From Mustelus asterias (Eukaryota): DNA of 64,000 bases. Shown one piece after another: positions 13,693 through 25,316 of this stretch. Under the pieces are notes generated by a model. It searched no databases. It was not told the origin of the DNA and worked only from the letters and a program-made list of their open reading frames with translations. The stretch spans positions 7,006,001 to 7,070,000 of the forward strand of contig NC_135830.1 of NCBI RefSeq assembly GCF_964213995.1, read 5' to 3'. Positions within the stretch are counted from its first letter, which is position 1, and every line of letters starts with the position of its first letter. The position numbers and the translations under genes are program-made.

Positions 13693-13985
13693 GAGGGCGA
13701 TGCAGTGGCACAGTGGCTGGCATGGCTGCTTTACAATGCCAGGGACCTGGGTTCGATTCCCACCTTGGGTCACTGTCTGTGCAGAGACTGCACATTATCT
13801 GCGTGGGTTTCCTTCGGGTGCTCCGTTTTCCTCCCACAGTCCGAAAGACGTGCTGATTCGGTGCATTGGCCATGCTAAATTTTCCCTCAGCGTACCTGAA
13901 CAGGCGCTGGAGTGTGGCCATAGGGCCTTTTCAAAGTAACTTCATTGCAGTGTATGTCTACTTGTGCATTAATAATAAATGAAGT
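13693..13985 (+). mobile_element. tRNA-derived shark SINE
   Basis: gtggcacagtgg A-box, ggttcgattcc B-box, AT-rich tail. Confidence 0.85.
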
Positions 13986-14369
13986 TATGAATAATTAAAC
14001 GAATTCTAACAGGGCTGGGCAGGCAAGATGAAGGAAGGACGTTTTCGCTGGTTAGGTAGTCTCAAACCAGGGATGCAGTCTCAAGACATAGGGTAGCCAA
14101 TTTAGGACAGAAATGGGGAAATATTTATTCACTTCAGAGGCTAGTGAACATACGGAGTCCTGTAGCACTGAAGGCTTTGGATGTCATGCCACTGAATAGA
14201 TTCAAGAAATAAATCGATCTGTGATTAGATCTTAATGGTATCAGGGGGTGTGGGCAGAATCCAATAATGTGGCCTTGAGATAGGAAATAACCCATAATCA
14301 TGAAGACTGGTGGATCAGGCTCGACTGGCCTCCTCCGGCTCCTAATTTCTATGTACCTAATGTTCAGTC

Positions 14370-14680
14370 AATGTTCTGAGGACCTGAGTTCAAATCCCGC
14401 CACGGCAGATGGTGGAACTTGAAATCAATTAAAACTATCTGGAATTAAGAATCTATTGATGACTATGAGACCATTGTTGATAGTTGTAAAAACCCATCTA
14501 GTTTACTCATGCCTCTTTAGGGAACGACATCTGCCGTTCTTACCTTGTTTGACCTCCATGTGACTCCAGAGTCACAGCAATGTGGTTGACTCTCAACTGC
14601 CCTCCACGGGCAACTAGAGATGGGCAACAAATGGTGGCCAGCCAGTAATGTGCAAGGCCCACGAATCAATAAAAAAAGCT
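14370..14680 (+). mobile_element. Shark dispersed repeat (gagttcaaatcccgccacggcagatggtgg family) with A-rich tail
   Basis: Related copies at ~27535-27900, 29405-29740 (-), 42130-42490, 44093-44410 (-) and 52705-53040. Confidence 0.7.
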
Positions 14681-15589
14681 ACGTTTAGCCTGTCTGTCCT
14701 ACATGTGACTCCAGTTCCACAGTGATGAAGCTGACCCTTACGTGCCTCTGAAATTGTCAAAACAGCCATTCAGGTGTTTCAAAGCTGCTGCAGAAAGTCA
14801 AACACAAATAAAACCGACCAGAGGGCAATAATTTCAAAACGGTAGTTCGCAACCGCCTTCTCAGGATGGGCAATAAATGCTGGCTTTGTCAGTGATGCCC
14901 ATATCCAGAGAATGAATAGAACAGTGCAAACTGCTGCGAATTCCGGAAATCTAAAAGTAAAACAACAAAAAAGGCAGGTCAGCGGGCATTAGCAGTGGGT
15001 GAAACAGATTCTTATTTCAGGCCGATGACAGAACGTAAAATCTCATTGATAAAATTCAATATAACAGGACTGTCCTGCCCAGTATCCTGGCCACTCATTC
15101 CTCAACTAAAATCACAAAATGACTGTTCGTTTACCACATCTCGCTTTGTGGGAGCTTGCTGTGCACCAAATACTTGCTGTCTGTCCAATATTACAGCAGT
15201 GAATAACTTCAGCAAAATATATCAGTGAGTTTTAAATGGTTTGGGACGACCTAAGGTCAGGTAAAGCGTTATAAAAATGCAAGGCCTTTCCAAATGTTAT
15301 TATAAAATGCAAGAATTGATATGTTAAAAGCTCTGCGATTAATGCGATTATCGTCACTCCTCTGCCTGATGTTTTAACATGTCTAGTTTTAGTAGATTAA
15401 ATCATCAATGAAATTGACATTCAGTGGAATACCAGCCTTTTCAAACATGTTTTATTTATTCTGACATCAGAACTTTCAGAACAAATTCTTGATTAGAGGG
15501 TATTTTTTTATTTGAATTAAATAGCGTCTGGTCAAATGGGTATTCACGAAGCTTCTATTGATTTTGAACCTGCTGTCAATATACTTTAA

Positions 15590-15800
15590 AGAAACCGCTA
15601 TTTTGAATTGAAACTAATGAATAAATGACGGTTTATCTGGTTTTGCTGCCATGAACATCTCATTGTAACCAGTGAGGTGTTTATGTTAATAAACACAGAA
15701 ATAGAAATCCCAGATTAGATTTATTGATTGACAAAAACACAACAAATATTTCCCCATCAACACAGCACAGAAATAGAGACAAACATGCAAATCAATCATT
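15590..15800. promoter_or_regulatory. Conserved non-coding block, copy 1 (candidate enhancer: octamer, forkhead palindrome, IRF-like motif)
   Basis: ATGCAAAT 15785-15792; GTGTTTAT-N4-ATAAACAC 15677-15696; GAAATAGAAA 15698-15707; visibly better conserved between duplicates than the flanks. Confidence 0.5.
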
Positions 15801-16104
15801 GGATTTCAGTCGTGATTGTTTTTGGACATATTTTTTCATCAGTTATATACGCAAAACAAGCTATGATTATCTATGTTCAAAATTAAGAAAGATTCCCTCT
15901 AATCACAAAATATAAGGACACGGCAAATATATTTGCGGCGATTTAATGTGCTTTATCTCTCTTTGTCTTTCTCCTCTCTGATTCTGTGTCTTGTTTTGTC
16001 TCTCCATGATGGGTCATTGTTTTTACTCAACAACTTCAAGTCAAACTCCAGCTAATGTATTCTCTCAGGCCTATTTTCAGGTCTCTAACTAAATGGATTT
16101 AATT

Positions 16105-16390
16105 CAATCTACAGAGGGAGCTTTTCTCCTGACCATTCCCTGTATCTAACCCTTTCTGTCCCAGCGTCCAATTGTTTCAATGGACAGTGTAGAGAGGTTT
16201 TTACTGTTTCTAAACAGTCTTCATTTGCTGGAAATGCTTGATTGAGATAGTGTGGATGGAGTTTCACTTTTTATCTATCCCGCGCTACACCTGCTTGGGA
16301 GTGTTTAATGTTGCACTGTGGAGGGAGCTTTACATTCAGAGCCTAACCACATGCTACACCTGACCTTGGAATGTTTGATGGGACACTAGG
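16105..16390 (+). repeat. Degenerate shark ~60-bp satellite (gggagctttactctgtatctaacc...gtgtttgatgggacagtgtaga)
   Basis: About 5 units; paralogous arrays at 32975-33600 and 46570-47195. Confidence 0.75.
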
Positions 16391-16699
16391 CCCTGTCTCT
16401 ATATTGCACTCATCTGTGACCTGTCTCTGCTGATGTTAAATTAACTAATCCCTGTTTCGGTTTATATTAAAGAAGATTTTGTCTCTGTTCACATTACACT
16501 AGACGTACTTTCTGTTTATAATAAACTAGATGCTGTCTCTGTTAATATTACACGTCACCATGTCTCTGTTCATATTGAGATCGACAATGACTGCTTTTAT
16601 TAATGTAGACCTGTCTCTGTACTAAACTGGATGCGGTCTTAGTTCTGCACTTGACCATGTTCATGTTCATGTTGACCATATTGGCCCTGGGGTTTTTCA

Positions 16700-16960
16700 C
16701 TCTGGGTTTTCGCCTCTCCCTGGAGATCACATGGTCTGGAATGAGGGGGTGGGGGTGAGTTAATAGGTTGTAATGAACAAAGCATCGTAGCTGTGAGGGA
16801 CAGCTCGGTGGATAGGATATTGGTATGTAGATAGGCTGGAAAATTGGGCGGGGATCCTGGATTCAGGATTCAATCCTGGACCGGGGAGCGGCGCGGGCTT
16901 GGAGGGCTGAAGGGCCTGTTCCTGTGCTGTATTGTTCTTTGTTCTTTGTTGTTCTTTGTT
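16700..16960 (+). mobile_element. Short LINE/SINE 3' end with (gttcttt)n tail
   Basis: gggctgaagggcctgttcctgtgctgtattgttctttgttctttg, a CR1-type 3' terminus; absent from the paralogous units. Confidence 0.7.
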
Positions 16961-17269
16961 CATTTTATATTGGGCACGGACTCAGTTATTACTGTACTGG
17001 ATAATGCGCAATAATGTGAAAAGTGGCTATGGGAACATGATACTCTGCATCCTCCTATAGGTACAACTCTGACGGATGGAGACTAGTCTTGGGAACTGGA
17101 AAAGAAGAAGTGATATTTGAAAGCTCATTCTACTGACTGCATTGAAAATCGATATCAAATCCTGCGCAGCATACACTCTCGATCCAATACTTTCCGTTTC
17201 AATTCAGATTTTTTAGCCCAGCATATTTATGCATTATATTATCTCTCTACCTCACAGAACCGTGGAGTA

Positions 17270-18700
17270 ATGTTAATGGAGCCATAGTTCAGACAGAGGC
17301 ATACTATACTGCAGTATCAACAGTGACCTGGTCTCGCGAAATGTAGACAGAGTCAGGGTCAAATGTCATATAAACAGGGATTGGGTCTAGTGCATCATAA
17401 ACTAAGCTCCGGTCAAGCGGAGTATTAACAGAGACAGGATCTATTTTAATATAAACAGAGGCCTTATGCAGTGAAATAGAAATGAGGTCGTGCCGAGTGC
17501 TTTGTGGGAAGTTAAAGGCAAAATACTGGCCTTTCCAGAGACACCCACATCCCATGAAAGAAATATTTAAAAAATATGGATGACATCAACGAGTACAAGA
17601 AAAACTGAGATGGTGTCTAGTGCAATTTAACCGAATGCAGGAACTTGCGCGATATAAACTGAGACACATCGTGTCAATTACTGATACAGGCCTGAACCGA
17701 TATTAACTGAGGCAGAGCTTAGCGCATTAGCAGTAATTACTGATACAGATTCTGGACTGACATAAACTGAGACAGAGGCCAGCGTGTTAATGGTCATTAC
17801 TGAAGCAGTACCTAGACTGATAAAAACTGAGACAGAATTTACTGTGTTGTTAATGATTAGAGATACGATATTTAGACTGATATGAACTCAGAAAAAGGAT
17901 AGTGCATTGGTAATAATTATTAATATGTGATCTAGACTGGCATACACTGAGATATGGACAATGCAGCAAATTAGAAGGATCACATGATGCAATAATAACA
18001 GAGGCAGGGCACAGTGTTGAATAAACAAATACATGCACTCGTGCAGCATTAACTAAAACAGTGTCGAGTTTATTAGATCTAATGAACCATTAGAGTAATG
18101 ACAGTGACCGAAACTTGTGTAACGCAAGAAGGATGTTGCTCCAGTATAGGAGTGACAGATACAGGTTCTGATGCAGTCGGAATTGAGACACAGTCTCTTC
18201 CCAGATTGAAGATTTAAAGCTTATTTATTGGTGTCATAAGTAGGCTCACATTCACACTGCAATGAAGTTACTGTGAAGAACCCCGAGTGGTCACACTCCG
18301 GCGCCTGTTTGAGTACACTGAGGGAGAATTTATCATGGCCCAAATGCACCAAACCAGCACCTCCTTCGGACGGTGAGTGGGAACCGGAGCACCCGGAGGA
18401 AACCCACGCAGACACAAGGATAACGTGCCGACTCCACACAGACAGTCACCCAAGTTGGGAATTGAACCCGGGTCCCTGGCACTGTGCCACCGTGCCGCCC
18501 TGATTAACTGAAACATATTTCAGCACAGTCATAATTCAGAAACCATCGTTAAAACAGGCCTTGGCTTCACTTATGAACAACTGATAATGAGCCGAGTAGA
18601 GAAACAACAGAGACAGGACATGCTGTAATGTGATTGGGACATGGCCTGTTGCAATACAAACAGACGTGGGGGCCAGTTGAACGTAATCAGAGATATGACA
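17270..18700 (+). repeat. Degenerate ~28/60-bp periodic repeat array (interrupted by a SINE)
   Basis: Repeated taaactgagacag and attactgatacag words; paralogs at 34280-35470 and 47905-48950. Confidence 0.75.
18212..18500 (-). mobile_element. tRNA-derived shark SINE
   Basis: Ends in gccaccgtgccgccc (reverse of the SINE 5' end); absent from the paralogous arrays. Confidence 0.9.
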
Positions 18701-18714
18701 TGTTCAAAATCATT

Positions 18715-20590
18715 TCATGAGGTTTTGGTGTCACTGGTAAAGTAGGATTTGTTGCCACTTATAATTTTTCCTTTGAGAATGTGCTAGTGAGCCCTCTTCT
18801 TAAATCATTGCATTCCATATGAGTAAGTACACATACAGTGCTGATAGGAAAGGAGTTGCAAGATTTTCATCCATTGACACTGAAAAAATAGTGATATAGA
18901 TCCCAGTCAAGACGGTGTGGAGGTTTTATGGGCATTTGCAGATGATTGTGTTCTCATGCATCTGCTGCCCTTGCCATTTTAGTGTCAGAGTTAATGTGTT
19001 TGGAAGTTGCTACCAAAGGATTATGTTGCTGCTACACAAGTTGTATATGGGTCACACGACTAGAGTTGTACATCTGTGATGCAGAGAGTGAATGTTTAAA
19101 GTGGTTGGTGGGGTGTCCATCCAGCCGCCTGCTTTTTACTGGGTGGTTTCGAGCTTTTTGGGGGTTGGTTCAGGACCATACGCCAGGCAAGTGGAGAATA
19201 TTCAATCACAATCCTGACTTTTGCCTTTATATGATGGATAGGTTTGGGAAATCTGGAGGTGAGTTACTTAGCGCACAATTCCCAGCATCTGACCTGCTTT
19301 TGTAGCAATATTATTTACATGGCTGTCCCAGTTCAATTTTCCATCAATGGCAATTCCCAGAATGATGATAGTGGGGTTTCGGCTGTAGTCATTCCATTAA
19401 TGGCAAGCGGAGATGATTGCAATCTCCCTTACCTGAAAGGGTCATTGCCTGTCACTTGGGTGGCGCGAATTTCACATGCCACTTCACAGCCAAAACCTGA
19501 ATGTTTTCTAAGTCTTTCTGCTTACGGACACGGATAGCTTCAGTATCTGAGAAGTTGTTAATGTGCTGAACATCGTGCAATCATCAGTGAACATCCGACT
19601 TCTGATCTTGTATTGAAGCGTGAATATTAGGCCGAGGGCACTATCCTGAGGAGTTCCTTCAGCAAATGCACTGTGACTGAGATGATTGGCTTTCAACAGC
19701 CACAACCATCTTACTCTGTGCTCGGTATGACTGAAGCCAGTGGAATGTTTTTTTCCCCGGATGCCCATTGACTGCAGATTTGCTCGGGCTTATTGATGCC
19801 ACAATCGGTCAAGTGCTGCGTTGATGTCGAGGGCCGGCACTCTCACCTCACCTCATTAAAGCAGCTATTTCCACTAGATTTGGACTAAGCTTAAGTGATT
19901 TCTGGAACTGAGTGCTCCGAGTGGGACCCAAACAGAGCATCATTCAGCAGAATTCTAGTATTTGTAGTTGTAGCAGCATTGCTATTATTATATTATTATT
20001 AGTTTTTTAGATGATCCTTCATAGTTCCCATTACGTTGATCGAGTGAGGACGCATTGGGGGATATTTGGTCGGGTTGGGTTTGTCCTACCTTCTGAAACA
20101 GGTCATGTCTGCCAATTCTCACACTGTTGTGTATGTGACCGTGATGTAGCTGTACTTGAAGAGATTGGCTGAGGCTCAGCTAGCTCCAGAGCACAAATCG
20201 TTATTATTATTGCTGAAATATTGTCAGGATCCATAATCTTTACAGTATCCAATGCTTTCAGCACAGGGTTAGGCCACAGATCAATCATGATCATATTGCA
20301 TGGCGGAGCGGGCTCCAGGGGCTGAATGGTCTACTCCTATTCCTATCCTCCATGTTATCATGTTGAATGAGTTGACCTCCTTGGAGACTGGCATCTGTGA
20401 TGTTCGGGGCATCAGGGAGAGGCCGAGATGGAACATCTTCTGGCTGAAGATGGCAGCAATTGTTTCAGTCTTGTTTCTTTTACCTTTTGCAGAGCTCCCC
20501 CATCATTAAAAATGGGGCTTTCGTTTGAGGCTCCTGCTGCAGTTACTTGTTTAAATGTCCATCACCATTCAGGACTGCATGTGGCAGAAC
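18715..20590 (-). mobile_element. Decayed non-LTR retrotransposon (L2/CR1-group RT)
   Basis: Minus-strand remnants GTPQDSALG..MFTDDCTMFST and ALDTVKIMDPDNI; shorter paralogs at 35490-36370 and 48970-49810. Confidence 0.75.
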
Positions 20591-20859
20591 TGCAAAGTTA
20601 GGGTCCAGTGTAGTATTTATTGAGGCAGTGCCTTCTTCATGTAATGTAAACCATCAAGGTGCCAATTCCATCTGCTGGCAAAATTCTGCAATTACAGTTA
20701 CTGTAAATATATCGCTGTCAGGTATGATTTATGATAGTAATATACAAATAATTCACATTCATAAATGTAATACCATATCCCCTTCTGCGGAAACTCCCCA
20801 AATTTAAGGTGCAACGAATTATAGATTAGATGTACGTTGCTGAATAATACAGGTTAAGT

Positions 20860-21710
20860 TGTGTCCCGCAGGAGTCTGTCTTGAGGTCTCAATTATTTAC
20901 AATATTCATAACGGCTTAGATAATGACACAAAAAGTCAAATAATCCAAATAATAGATCAAGGTAGTTTTTAGAAGGCACAAAGTAAAATTTAGTGGATGC
21001 CCAGCGAGATTTGGGTGTTCAAGTGAATAGCTTCTTAAAATGCCACGAACTGATGCAGAAAATAGTCAAGCAGGTCAACGGAGTTCTGGCCTTTGTATCT
21101 AAAGGACTGGAGTATAGGGATGCAGATGTTATGCTGCAATTATGCAAAATCCTGGTTAGAGCCCACCTGGAGTACTGTGCACAGGTTTGGGCACCACACC
21201 TTTGCAAAGATTTTGGTCCTGGAGGGAGTTGAACGCAGGTTCACAAGAATTAGACCTGGCCTTCAGGGGTTAAGTTGCGAGGAGAAATTAGACAAATTGG
21301 GAATTTTTCTCTCGAATTCAGAAGGTTGAGGGGTGCTCCTACAGAAATCTACAACATTTTTACGGGTAGGATCGGGCGGATCAATAATTTTTTCCAACAG
21401 TTGCAGACTCGAGAATAAAGGGCCATAATTTTAAAAAAAAACAGGGCCAAGCCGTTCAGGAGAGTTGATGGAAAGTATTTCTACACACAGAGAGTGGTGG
21501 ACTTTTGGAACTCTCTTCCGCAAAGGCCAGTGGGTGCTGGTTCAATTGTTAGATTTATGTATGAGATCGATTATTTTATTGAACAGGGGTATCAAGGGAT
21601 ATGGGCCAAGGGCAGGTACATAGGGTTTGGCCACAGATCAGCGATGATCTTATGAATGGCGGGGGGGGGGGGGCGAGTTCGAGAAGCTGAATGGCCTGCG
21701 TCTGCTTTTT
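20860..21710 (+). mobile_element. Decayed CR1 LINE 3' fragment
   Basis: RDLGVQV..LVRAHLEYCAQVWAP; CR1-type 3' UTR. Confidence 0.85.
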
Positions 21711-22202
21711 TTATTCATGCTTGGGACATGGGCTTCGCTGGCTGGTCAACATTTATTCCCCATACCTAGTTGCCCTTGAGAAGGTTATGGTGAGTTGCCT
21801 TCTTGAATCGCTGCAGCACATGTTCTGTGGGCAGACCCACAATGCCGTTAGGGAGGAAATTTAAGGATTTTGACTCAGCGATTGTGAAGGAACGGCGACA
21901 TATTTCCAAGTCAGGATGGTGAGTGACTTGGAGGGGAAATTCTGCTCCTCTGTTCCTATGATGCCAGGTCAGCATCAGAGCATAATGCCTCAATCCATGG
22001 TAATGTATATTTGTTCATTTTGGTTAGAAGGAGGAATGCTGACCAGAGCGCTGTTGGAGACAATGGGGCCTTTAATGTTCAGCTCAGCAAACATGGTGCT
22101 GGGGAAAATGTAATTGTTCTTCATTCCATCTGAAAGATAGCTGGGGTAATTGTCTCTTAAGCCCCCCAGGAAGCAAAGATGGAGTCTTAAGTTGAAGGAA
22201 AA

Positions 22203-22237
<35 letters not shown>

Positions 22238-24090
22238 GTGTGCGTTTTCTGAAAAACGTCATATTGTTTACAAATCAATTTCACAATGATAACCGGCGTC
22301 CTTCCATTTAAAATAAAAAAATAGACGCAGAGTAAACACATCAATTTCAGAATGGTTTCTTTTCCAAATGTCACCTTTGTTGATGACTGAGAAGGACAAT
22401 TTTTGAGAGGTTGGCTCTGTTACAAATGCTGCCCATGAAGCTACCAATTGTGGTTTTATGTTGTCGTTTTCTGTGTCATGAATGAGACCGAGGAGTTTTG
22501 ATGGAGTGCGACTTTTTCCCAAGTATGGTAGTCCCTGCTCTGCTACCGGTGTTGAATGTCTTGATGAGATTGACGAAGGTAAAGATAAGTACATAGGGCA
22601 TATAAAGCAGATATTTTCCAGAGTCAATCTTCCATTAAAAACACAACATTGTGCTTCAGGATAATCCGGATCTTCAAACAGATGAATGTTTTCAGATGTG
22701 TCACTGGCAATTATGTATATTTATCTGTAGTTGTTGCAGTGTCCTCCGGCGGCTTTTTTTCCCGGTAGTGTTGTGCTTTTGAATCATGCATCTCCTGTGG
22801 AGCGCATCCTATCTTCCATTAAGAAAGAGAAGATCATAAATGTTCACAAAATTGGTATTTATTTTCACCAATTGCCATCCATTCACAAAGTTGCATAATT
22901 TTGTTCACCAGTTATCAACCATTCATAGACATTAATATATTTACGTCTTAATTTAAGTGATGTGATCGTTGCTGGCTAGGTCAACATTTGTTGCCTATCC
23001 CTAATTGCCCTCAGTAAGCTGGTGGCGAGCTACCTTCGTGAATTGCTGCGAAGCCTGTGGTGTATGTACTCACACAGTGCAGTTACAGAGGGTATTCCAG
23101 GATTTCAATCGAGCGACAGTGAAGGAAGGGCGATATTTTTCCAAGTCAGTTATATGACTGACTTGGAGTGGAATTTACAGGTGATATTCCCAGGTAACTC
23201 TTACCCCTGTTCTTCCAAATGGTAACAGTCCTGTGGTTGGAAGGTGTTGCCTAATGAGTCTTGGTGAGTTCCTGAAGTGAAACTTGTAGATGGTGTATAA
23301 TGCTGCTGTTGTTTGTCGGTGATGGAGGGAGTGAGCATTTGCAAATGCTATGCCAGTCAAGCCGCCTGCTTTGTCCTGAATACTATAAAGCTTCTTGAAT
23401 GTTGTTTGAGCTGCACTCATTCAAGCAAGTGGAGAGAACTCAATTACTCCTGAGTTGTTGTTTGTAGGTGGTGGACAGGTTTGGGGAGTCAGGAGGTTAG
23501 TTAGTCACAGCAAGCTGACCTGATATTCCAGCCGGAGCATTTATATATCTAGTTAATTCAGCGATTAGCCAATGGTAACCCCGACGATGTTCATAGTGGG
23601 TGATTCAGTATCGTAATATCATTGAATAACAAGGAGCAATGGGTAAATTCTCTCTTTTTGGAGATGGTCATTGCCTGGCGCTAATATTACTGATAATCTG
23701 CAAATCACAAAAACAAATAAATATTTCACAAATTATTTTCAGCATTTTATTGGTACAAATATAGTTGCAGTTTATTTATTGTAGTTTATTGAGATTCAAA
23801 TTTATTGAGGTCACTTTGGCCTTTCTGTCACCAAAGAATCAAATCTGTCCCAGAATTCAGCGGGAAGTCGAATCAAATCAGACCGAGGATAATGAGCAGC
23901 GACCCAGCAGCCTCTGCGCTTTATTGACACGTAATCAACTCATCATCACACATAAACCCCTGATATATAACTGGAGTGTGTAACCATTTTTAAAGTGACT
24001 GTAGAACTGAAAGTACCTGTATCTAATGTCACATATAATTTATAATATCTAATATGACGTTATAGAATCTTAAGATCCAGATTAATTATT

Positions 24091-24416
24091 CATAGAACAA
24101 AGAATCTACAGTGCAGAATGAGACCACTGGGCCCATCGAGTCTGGAGCGACCTCAATCCTACCCAGGCCCTATTCCCGTGACCCCTCATATTAACCCCAT
24201 TAATACCCCTGACACAAGGGTTAATTCAGCATGGCCAATCAACCTGAACTGCATATGTTCCGACTGCAGGAGGATACTAGAATACCCGGAGGAAAGCCAC
24301 ACAGACAAGGAGAGAAACTGCAAAGTCCACAAAGACAGTGACCTGAGGACGGAATTGAACCCGGGTCCCTGGCGTTGTGAGGCAGCAGGGCTAACCAATA
24401 TGACACCGTGTCGCCC
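24091..24416 (-). mobile_element. tRNA-derived shark SINE
   Basis: SINE body; absent at the paralogous position ~41600. Confidence 0.85.
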
Positions 24417-24632
24417 TTGCACACTTACACAGTACTGGAAAGTCATTTACCACTTGGATCTGTCCAGTGAGTTTCACAACATTTCAATTGCCTCATTATT
24501 TTTTAGCCTGTTACCTTCACTAATTTAGGTGATGATATGTTGAGTGATTTGTTGCACTAGAAAGGGCCATATGTTCCAAATATTACAATCCTCCCCCTCA
24601 ACCTAATCCCTCTTTCCATCTTGGATTTGAAG

Positions 24633-25210
24633 ATTTTGAAGACATCGGTGAGGCTACACTTGGAATGCTGTGTACAGTTCTGGTCACCCTATTATAGAAC
24701 GGATATTATTAAACTGGAAAGAATGCAGAAAGGTTTTACTAGAATGCTACGAGGCCTTGATGGTTTGAGTTGTAGGGAGAGGCTGGATAGACTGGGACTT
24801 TTTCTCCGGAGCGTAGGAGGATTGGGGGGATCTTATAGATGTCTATAAAATAATGAGGCGCATAGATCAGCTCGATAGTCAATATATTTTCCCAATTGTA
24901 GAGGAGTCTAAAACGAGAGGGCATAGGTTTATGATGAGAGTGGAGAGATACAAAATGGTTCAGAGGGGATATTGTTTCACACAGAGTGTGGCAAGTGTCT
25001 GGAACAGGCTGCAAGAGGTAGTGGTAGAGGCGGGTACAATTTTGTCTTTTAAAAAGGGTTTAGACAGTTACATGGGTAAGATGGGTACAGAGGGTTATGG
25101 GCCATATGCGGGAAATTGGGACAAGCTTAGTGGCTAATAAAAAGGGCGGTATGGACAAGTTGGGCCGAAATGCTTGTGTCCATGCTCTCAACCTCTATGA
25201 CTATGACTCG
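24633..25210 (+). mobile_element. CR1 LINE 3' fragment
   Basis: VRLHLECCVQFWSP..SKTRGH; (ctatga)n tail; empty site at ~41818. Confidence 0.9.
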
Positions 25211-25316
25211 AGTCACCGTCAGCAGATGGAAAAAAAATCAGACTGCTCTTAGTTCATTTGTTCCCGATATCTCGGGGATTGAATTCACCGAGAAAATCTG
25301 GAAGGACTAAAAGTTG

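Larger units (their letters stand above)
8530..14355 (+). mobile_element. Old, fragmented CR1 LINE on the + strand, interrupted by a younger CR1 and two SINEs
   Basis: Decayed RT pieces at ~8530-9080, 12480-12690, 12966-13490, 13610-13670 and 14000-14355 are collinear with CR1 ORF2 and end in a ctcctaatttctatg tail. Confidence 0.75.

Noticed and set aside
13693-13770. tRNA-like A/B boxes here and in other copies
   Set aside because: These are SINE heads, not tRNA genes
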